Positions 54,376 through 64,000 of a stretch of DNA of 64,000 nucleotides are shown here, in pieces. The notes beneath the pieces were generated by a model that saw only the letters and a program-made list of their open reading frames with translations, made no database searches and was not told the DNA's origin. Source of the DNA: Eledone cirrhosa (Eukaryota); NCBI GenBank assembly GCA_964016885.1, contig OZ024742.1:42656001-42720000 (forward strand), read 5' to 3'. The first letter of the stretch is position 1; every line of letters begins with the position of its first letter. Both the position numbers and the translations under genes were made by a program.

Positions 54376-54798
54376 ATATAAACAAGAAATACTTTTATTA
54401 ACGTTTGTATATTTTCTATCTCTTCTTGGCTAATTAATATCTTTTCAATTGCAGATCATGGGTTGGTGGCAAATTTTCTGTTATTTGTAAATAGTCATTA
54501 AGACTATCAGCTTGTCCTTTGTCATTTGTCCATTTGTTACTGTCACTTGTGTACTAGAACCAGTTATATCGATCTTAATGCACTGAAACAACATATCTCT
54601 TGTGGTCTACTGATGAGATGGGACTGCCTGTATTCATTCATTTTGCTGTCTTCATCCATATTTTTTATTCATTCGTACATTTGCAGCCATGCAGGACTCT
54701 GTTTTCAAATTGATGTTTTATGTATATATATATTTGAAAAGGTAGTAAGGTTCTATACAAAACATGGGTCATAGAGAAAAAGTGGAATTGGAAATAGA

Positions 54799-54989
54799 TA
54801 TTTAAGGATCTGTTTTTCATTTTTTCTTCTTTGATTCGTCAAAGTGACATTATTTAAAAAATGAGAGGAAGAATATTTTATATACATTATAAAACTCCTT
54901 TTTTTAAAAAAGAATTGTCCTCTCATTTTTTCAATAATGTCACTTTGACAAATCAAAGAAGAAAAAAAGAAAAACAGATCCTTAAATAT
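54799..54989. repeat. Imperfect inverted repeat, about 70-bp arms (MITE-like)
   Basis: TATTTAAGGATCTGTTTTTC...TGAGAGGA versus TCCTCTCA...GAAAAACAGATCCTTAAATA. Confidence 0.75.
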
Positions 54990-55009
54990 ATTTTCCGTGC
55001 TATTTTAAA

Positions 55010-55567
<558 letters not shown>

Positions 55568-55836
55568 ATATATATATAGAGAGAGATAGAGAGAGAGAAA
55601 GAGATAGATAGATAGATAGATATGTAAAAATCCCGACTGTCTTGCCAAGAGGTATCAGCTTGTGTGTTCAGCAAAAGCTTTTTGTATACTCCCATCATTA
55701 GTGGTTTCCCCAGTCTCAGCACTGAGACTATATATGTATATATATGTATGTAGAAGGTAAACAGAAATTACAATACAATCAGTACAGTATATGAAAAAAA
55801 TATATTAGGTTAATGCTTGAAATAGCAGGAAGAGGG

Positions 55837-55872
55837 TCTTAACGTTTTGGATGCTAGTCCTTCATCAGAAGA
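55837..55872 (-). ncRNA. Hammerhead motif with mutated GAAA (AAAA), probably inactive
   Basis: tctt-CTGATGA-aggactagcatcc-AAAA-cg-TT-aaga. Confidence 0.5.
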
Positions 55873-56779
55873 AAGAATGAAAAATTATAAAGATTGAAGG
55901 GTTGGGCTGGATGGAATTGGAAAAAAATGTTTTTAGAGAAAAATAACAGGTCCATTCATGTTGCCATCCCTTGGAAAACATCCCAGTGCCTTTTGCTTTT
56001 GCTTTTTTTTTCAATTTTTGATAGCTATTTTATTGATCCCTTTTTGTAGACCTATTAGAATACAAGACAGACATAGGCACACTCATACATACAAACATAC
56101 ATACATACATCATCATCATCATAACCCTTTAATGTCCATTTTGTCAAGCTGGCATGGTCAGAACTTAATTTGAGTTACTGTCTTCTTAGACAGATTGAGA
56201 CTCACATCTCATTTTCATATGTTCCCAATGTAGCAGGGTTTCTACAGCTCAATGCACTTCCTAACACCAACTACTTTACAGAGTGTAGTGGGTGCATTTT
56301 ATTGTGGCACCAGCACTTTGGAGATTGTTATTTCCTTGACACGACTGAAAAAATAAGCACCCTCTGCTCTATATTGTTACTACTTGAATGTTAACCATTG
56401 CATGTAGAGTGCTGATTGCATTTTATAATACACACTCATATATACACATACACCACAAACACACACATACATACCCAACAAATATACACACACTAATATC
56501 CTTGCATACACCAAAACCCTGTACACATACATGCGCTTGCACTTACACCTAGATATATACATGCATAAATACTCCCCCCTCATACAAACACATACACACA
56601 CACACAAACATATATATAGTGTACACACACACCACACAGTAGGTGTGTTATTGTACTGAGAACACGTTGGTTTCATGTTCAAATCCACTGCAGGCAGTTG
56701 GGTGTATATTTGAATAGTGATGGTTTCAGCTTACATAACTGTTATTACAAAGTACCAGATCATTGGGGAATATTACCAC

Positions 56780-56953
56780 AATAATAACAACAACAACAAT
56801 TACAGTCATACTACCACTTCAACCACCACCACCATCAATAACAACAACAGTAAAACTACTGCTACCACTAATACTACCATGGCCAACAAAAATCCCACCA
56901 CCACCAACAACAACAACAACAGAACCACTACCACCATCAGTTCCAAAACCACC

Positions 56954-56985
<32 letters not shown>

Positions 56986-57016
56986 CAACTGAACCACTGC
57001 CACCATCAGTTCCACC

Positions 57017-57048
<32 letters not shown>

Positions 57049-57091
57049 CAACAACAACAACTGAACCACTGCCACCATCAGTTCCAAAACC

Positions 57092-57123
<32 letters not shown>

Positions 57124-57160
57124 CAACAACTGAACCACTGCCACCATCAGTTCCACCACC

Positions 57161-57192
<32 letters not shown>

Positions 57193-57229
57193 CAGAACCA
57201 CTGCCACCATCAGTTCCAAAACCACCACC

Positions 57230-57261
<32 letters not shown>

Positions 57262-57295
57262 CAACAACTGAACCACTGCCACCATCAGTTCCACC

Positions 57296-57327
<32 letters not shown>

Positions 57328-57355
57328 CTGAACCACTGCCACCATCAGTTCCACC

Positions 57356-57387
<32 letters not shown>

Positions 57388-57410
57388 CTGAACCACTGCC
57401 ACCATCAGTT

Positions 57411-57441
<31 letters not shown>

Positions 57442-57464
57442 CTGAACCACTGCCACCATCAGTT

Positions 57465-57495
<31 letters not shown>

Positions 57496-57518
57496 CTGAA
57501 CCACTGCCACCATCAGTT

Positions 57519-57567
<49 letters not shown>

Positions 57568-57595
57568 CTGAACCACTGCCACCATCAGTTCCACC

Positions 57596-57627
<32 letters not shown>

Positions 57628-57656
57628 CAACAACTGAACCACTGCCACCATCAGTT

Positions 57657-57687
<31 letters not shown>

Positions 57688-57718
57688 CTGAACCACTGCC
57701 ACCATCAGTTCCAAAACC

Positions 57719-57750
<32 letters not shown>

Positions 57751-57778
57751 CAACTGAACCACTGCCACCATCAGTTCC

Positions 57779-57810
<32 letters not shown>

Positions 57811-57859
57811 CAACAACAACAGAACCACTGCCACCATCAGTTCCAAAACCACCACCACC

Positions 57860-57891
<32 letters not shown>

Positions 57892-57919
57892 CTGAACCAC
57901 TGCCACCATCAGTTCCACC

Positions 57920-57951
<32 letters not shown>

Positions 57952-57976
57952 CTGAACCACTGCCACCATCAGTTCC

Positions 57977-58023
<47 letters not shown>

Positions 58024-58048
58024 CTGAACCACTGCCACCATCAGTTCC

Positions 58049-58080
<32 letters not shown>

Positions 58081-58126
58081 CAACAACTGAACCACTGCCA
58101 CCATCAGTTCCAACACCACCACCACC

Positions 58127-58158
<32 letters not shown>

Positions 58159-58192
58159 CAACTGAACCACTGCCACCATCAGTTCCACCACC

Positions 58193-58224
<32 letters not shown>

Positions 58225-58264
58225 CAACAACAACAACTGAACCACTGCCACCATCAGTTCCACC

Positions 58265-58296
<32 letters not shown>

Positions 58297-58324
58297 CTGA
58301 ACCACTGCCACCATCAGTTCCACC

Positions 58325-58356
<32 letters not shown>

Positions 58357-58387
58357 CTGAACCACTGCCACCATCAGTTCCACCACC

Positions 58388-58419
<32 letters not shown>

Positions 58420-58454
58420 CAACAACAACAACTGAACCACTGCCACCATCAGTT

Positions 58455-58509
<55 letters not shown>

Positions 58510-58537
58510 CTGAACCACTGCCACCATCAGTTCCACC

Positions 58538-58569
<32 letters not shown>

Positions 58570-58606
58570 CAACTGAACCACTGCCACCATCAGTTCCACC
58601 ACCACC

Positions 58607-58638
<32 letters not shown>

Positions 58639-58678
58639 CAACAACAACTGAACCACTGCCACCATCAGTTCCACCACC

Positions 58679-58710
<32 letters not shown>

Positions 58711-58756
58711 CAACAACAACTGAACCACTGCCACCATCAGTTCCACCACCACCACC

Positions 58757-58788
<32 letters not shown>

Positions 58789-58822
58789 CAACAACTGAAC
58801 CACTGCCACCATCAGTTCCACC

Positions 58823-58854
<32 letters not shown>

Positions 58855-58891
58855 CAACAACAACAACTGAACCACTGCCACCATCAGTTCC

Positions 58892-58938
<47 letters not shown>

Positions 58939-58984
58939 CTGAACCACTGCCACCATCAGTTCCAACACCACCACCACCACCACC

Positions 58985-59030
<46 letters not shown>

Positions 59031-59212
59031 GAACCACTGCCACCATCAGTTCCACCACCACCACCACCACCAACAACAACAACAACCACCAACAACAACA
59101 GAACCACTGCCACCACCAACAACAACAACAACAACAGAACCACCACCACCACCACCACCACAACAACAACAACAGAACCACTGCCACCATCAGTTCCACC
59201 ACCACCACCACC

Positions 59213-59258
<46 letters not shown>

Positions 59259-59420
59259 GAACCACTGCCACCACCACCACCACCACCACCACAACAACAA
59301 CAACAGAACCACTGCCACCACCACCAACAACAACAACAACAACAGAACCACCACCACCACCACCACCACAACAACAACAACAGAACCACTGCCACCATCA
59401 GTTCCACCACCACCACCACC

Positions 59421-59466
<46 letters not shown>

Positions 59467-59545
59467 GAACCACCACCACCACCACCACCACCACCACCAC
59501 AACAACAACAACAGAACCACTGCCACCATCAGTTCCACCACCACC

Positions 59546-59576
<31 letters not shown>

Positions 59577-59605
59577 GAACCACTGCCACCATCAGTTCCA
59601 CCACC

Positions 59606-59642
<37 letters not shown>

Positions 59643-59736
59643 GAACCACTGCCACCATCAGTTCCACCACCACCACCACCACCACCACCACCACAACAAC
59701 AACAGAACCACTGCCACCATCAGTTCCACCACCACC

Positions 59737-59767
<31 letters not shown>

Positions 59768-59903
59768 GAACCACTGCCACCATCAGTTCCACCACCACCA
59801 CCACCACCACCACCACCAACACAATGACAACAGAACCACTGCCACCATCAGTTCCACCACCACCACCACCAACAACAACAGAACCACTGCCACCATCAGT
59901 TCC

Positions 59904-59935
<32 letters not shown>

Positions 59936-60095
59936 CAGAACCACTGCCGCCATCAGTTCCCCCACCACCACCACCACAACAACAACAGAACCACTACTGC
60001 CACCAGTACTACCACCACCACCAACAACAACAACACCACTACCACCATTACAGCTACCATCACTATCGCATCCACCAATCATCATCATCAACAAT
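56780..60095. repeat. Compound minisatellite GAACCACTGCCACCATCAGTT-(CCA)n-(ACA)n, about 50-80 bp units
   Basis: Read directly. Produces the spurious 1115-aa Pro/Thr ORF. Confidence 0.92.
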
Positions 60096-61387
60096 AACAT
60101 ACATGCATAGTTGCATACATACAAACATACATACATACAAACATACATACAAACATACTTACATTCACACATTACATGCATGCATACATACTATATACAT
60201 ATATCATCATCATCATCATTTAACGTCCATATTCCACGCTTGCATGGGTTTGGACGGGGGTAGTCCCACTTGAGGCAAGAGTGGTTGTCTTGCTCGCATA
60301 GGACTGTCTGGCAGGTTTTCTACAGCTGGATGCCCTTCCTAACACCAACCACATTTACAGTGTGGAACTGGGAGGGTTTTACCGTGTTGCCTACACGGCC
60401 ACATTACAGCGTGGACTGTGTGTTTTTTGTCGTGACACCTACACGACCTCATTTGTTTCGGCCTGGATGTTGTGGTACCAACATAACTTTACATTGAAAG
60501 GGGTGGTGTGGATGGGGTGGGGGTAGTGGGACGGGGGTGTATATACATACATATATATATATATGCATATATACATACATACTATATACATATATACTTA
60601 TATATATATATATGCATATATACATACATATTATATACATATATACATACATACATATATACATACATACTATATACATATATACATACATACTATATGA
60701 TGGCTGCCAACTCGTTTTCGAGTACGGCCACTACTTTATATCCATGTAGGAGAACCCCTACCGATGCGCTGAACGAGTGTGACTTTTTAGTCCAGCCAGC
60801 GACTTGAAAACTCTGGTACAAACACTACACTTGTGACAATTATTGACACATAGTGCTGGGCCCATGGTTCCATGTGACGACAAGTGCAGTGAGATCTCCA
60901 GATATAAAGCAATGCCTGTGCCGTGAAGCTTTTATAGTGAGCAAAGGCACTGCACAAAGCCAGTCCCACTCTCTTAACCAAGATGATATTTACCAAAAAG
61001 AAGAACAAGTCAACATCATGTTATGTCAGGTCACCAGTTGGTGCTACTGGTAACATGTATCCCAGTACAACCTGTCTCATGGTCGGGTCGTTGGCGACTA
61101 AACTGGCAACCCCACCAAGGTTTCTTGGTGAGGAGGGTGACTGGACATCCTGCAGGACTAAAAACAAAACCTGTCAAAGGGCAAAGGAGCTATATACATA
61201 TATACATACATACATACATGCATACGTATATATATATATACATATACATACATACATACTATATACATACATATACATACATACATACTATATACATACA
61301 TACATATATATATATAAGTTATTCCGGGTTGAATCGAAGGTAACCACAGTAAGTAAGATAGTCAATACATTGCAGAGTATTAATGTT

Positions 61388-61475
61388 TTAATATAGAAGA
61401 GCTTCTACAGGACTAGAACTGATGATTTCTCACGAATGTAACAGTTCTAGTCCTGTAGAAGCTCTTCTATATTAA
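61388..61475. repeat. Perfect hairpin with about 34-bp arms
   Basis: TTAATATAGAAGAGCTTCTACAGGACTAGAACTG and its reverse complement around a 20-nt loop. Confidence 0.85.
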
Positions 61476-61477
61476 TA

Positions 61478-62181
61478 TCATCATCATCATCATCATCATT
61501 TTATTTTACGTCCGCTTATTCCCTGCTTGCAAGGGTGGGACGGGAACTGATTCTGGCTTGATTTCTACAGTTGGATGCCCTTCCTAACACCAACCTCATT
61601 TACAGTGAGTGCTGGGTGCTTTTTTGCCGTGGCACCTTCACGATTACTTTGCAGTGGAATGATAGGGACCCCAGTCCCTATCATCTCATTTCTACAGCTG
61701 AGTAAACTGGAGCAATGTGGAATAAAGTGTCTTGCTCAAGGGTGGCAGACACTACACCATACCATACTACACTACACACACACACTACACACTACACACA
61801 CACACATACAGTACAGACACACACCACACACACACATACAGTACAGACACACACCACACACACACACATACAGTACAGACACACACCACACACACACATA
61901 CAGTACAGACACACACCACACACACACACATACAGTACAGACACACACCACACACACACATACAGTACAGACACACACCACACACGCACACATACAGTAC
62001 AGACACACACACACACATACAGTACAGACACACACCACACACGCACACATACAGTACAGACACACACCACACACACACACATACAGTACAGACACACACC
62101 ACATATCACCCGGTCTGCGAATTGAACTCACAACTTTTCGATTGCAAGGCCAATGCTCTAACCACTAAGCCATGTGCCTCC
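61478..62181 (-). mobile_element. SINE family 1 (RTE-A tail) interrupted by a CA-rich minisatellite at about 61742-62103
   Basis: The SINE body breaks after CTTGCTCAAG and resumes at ATCACCCGGTC. Confidence 0.85.
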
Positions 62182-62234
62182 ATATATATATATATATATA
62201 TATTAAACGATGATGATGATGATGATGATGATGA

Positions 62235-62279
<45 letters not shown>

Positions 62280-62567
62280 TATGTACACGCACACGCATAT
62301 ATGTATACAGACGTACAGTAGTATGTATATATATATATATACCTACATACATACTACATACATACTCCCACATGTATATTACATGTCAGAGAAACTACTT
62401 CCAATTCAACACCAAACTCATATGGATAGGTGATGTCAGAACTGTCCCTGTTCTTTGAACACGTCACAAGCTGGTCCCTGTTGCTGTGAAGTCAACCATT
62501 AACTCATAATGTTATCTTCCATATAACACATGTGATGCTTCAGTGAGCACACAGATTCATGTTTATA

Positions 62568-63295
62568 TGTGTGTGTGTTGCGTAGTATGGTGTGGTGTGT
62601 GTCTGTACTCTGTGTGTGTGTGGTGTGTGGTGTGTGTCTGTACTGTATGTGTGTGTGGTGTGTGGTGTGTGTCTGTACTGTGTGTGTGTGTGTGTGGTGT
62701 GTGGTGTGTGTCTGTACTGTATGTGTGTAGTGTAGTATGGTGTGGTGTAGTGTCTGTATGTGTGTGTGTACTGTATGTGTGTGTGGTGTATCTGTGTGGT
62801 GTGTGGTGTGTATGTGTGTGTGGTGTATGTCTGTACTGTATGTGTGTGTGGTGTCAGTATGTGTGTGGTGTATGTGTGAGTGTGGTGCATGTGTGTGTGT
62901 GTGGTGTATATGTGTGTGGTGTATGTGTGTGTGGTATATGTGTGTGGTGTATGTGTGTGCGGTGTATGTGTGTGTATGTATGGTATGCTGTGTATGAGAG
63001 TGTGTGTGTGTAGTGGGCTGTCTGTGTGTGTATATAAGTATGGTATGCTGTGTATGAGAGTGTGTGTGTGTGTAGTGGGCTGTCTGTGTGTGTATGTAAG
63101 TATGGTATGGTGTGTGTGTGTGTGTAGTGGGATGTATGTGTGTATATGTAAGTATGGTATGCTGTGTATGAGAGTGTGTGTGTGTAGTGGGCTGTCTGTG
63201 TATGAGTGTGTACATTGATGTGTTTATTTGTACATGTGTGTGTGAAGGGTATGTGTGCATCAGATGTATGTGTGTGTGAAGGGTATGTGTGTATC
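62568..63295. repeat. GT-rich minisatellite and microsatellite arrays
   Basis: GTCTGTACTGTATG(TG)n units, then longer units containing GTAGTGGGCTGTCTG. Confidence 0.9.
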
Positions 63296-63348
63296 ACATG
63301 TATGAATGTACCTTTAAAATGAATGTATCTTTTAAAAAATAGCTTCTT

Positions 63349-63520
63349 AATAATTGTTTCTACTTTTGGCACAAGGCCAGTAAATACCCAGTACATTACT
63401 GGTACTTTATTTTATCGACCCTGTAAGGATGAAAGGCAAAGTTAACCTCGGCGGGATTTGAACTCAGATCGTAAAGGGACGTAACTCTTTGCATCAATGA
63501 TACTGATACTGACAATCCAC
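63349..63520 (-). mobile_element. SINE family 2
   Basis: Reverse complement of 2991-3175 with an internal deletion. Confidence 0.85.
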
Positions 63521-63620
63521 CGAAATAATTAATAATTTTAGTAAATTTCCCCAAAATTCTTCATTAATTGAAATATGGCGTATGTCATTAGAAATATGGT
63601 AATGGAAGGGTTAAGTACTA

Positions 63621-63990
63621 CTAGACAGCTGCCTGGCATTGCCTGGGAAATAATACATTAGCTATTTGCCATTTTATTGAACTAGAATTTTTTCAACATG
63701 CTGACGCATGTAATGAGTTATATGGATATAAATGTGCAAACACAGACACACTTACAAAAATACACACTCACAGACATACATTCACACAAACACACACATA
63801 CATTTACATAAACACACATGTACACATACACTCACACACAGCGTAGCAAATGAAACGCCAGCCGCTGTTTTGCTATAGTTTTTCACCATCTCTTCCTTCC
63901 TTCCTTTTACACATATACATTCACACAAACACACACCCATACATTGTATGAAGGACGGATGGTCAGAAGTCGCCCAAATTTATATATAGA
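63621..63990 (-). mobile_element. Short non-autonomous Helitron
   Basis: 5' TCTATATATAAA at 63990. 3' CCCAGGCAATGCCAGGC...CTAG ending at 63621. A^T target. Confidence 0.7.
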
Positions 63991-64000
63991 TGGAATCATG

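Noticed and set aside
53632-54560. Candidate splice donor (53636, -) and acceptor (54454, +)
   Set aside because: They are on opposite strands and give only short or stop-containing frames. Not supportable without transcripts.
56763-60110. 1115-aa Pro/Thr mucin- or extensin-like ORF
   Set aside because: TTG start, nearly single-codon usage (CCA/ACA), long open frames on both strands, frame drift in the distal units and no signal peptide. A trinucleotide-repeat artefact.

Overview
Eukaryotic, AT-rich and almost entirely repetitive window with no supportable host gene. The microsatellite load and the tRNA-SINE/RTE families look molluscan, possibly cephalopod (inference). Main contents: (1) a decayed Helitron (3317-10855, - strand) holding a young, 5'-truncated L1/Tx1 retrotransposon with an open ORF2 and a 21-bp TSD; (2) three non-autonomous Helitrons; (3) an 8.6-kb 38-bp minisatellite; (4) several RTE LINE copies with a PHD-like finger, plus SINEs that share their 3' tails; (5) CR1 and R4/Dong-like fragments, MITEs and long trinucleotide-based arrays. 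The most notable signal is absent from the ORF track: about ten type I hammerhead ribozyme motifs at eight loci, plus one decayed copy, of the minimal Penelope-like (PLE) kind. Several lie in near-perfect fold-back palindromes within (TA)n, giving one ribozyme per strand. They accompany two Naiad-type PLE GIY-YIG fragments. One is an open 241-aa frame bracketed by 772-bp inverted pLTRs. The other is decayed and has TGA at two zinc-finger cysteine positions, a possible selenocysteine relic. Coordinates were read by eye and may be off by a few bases.
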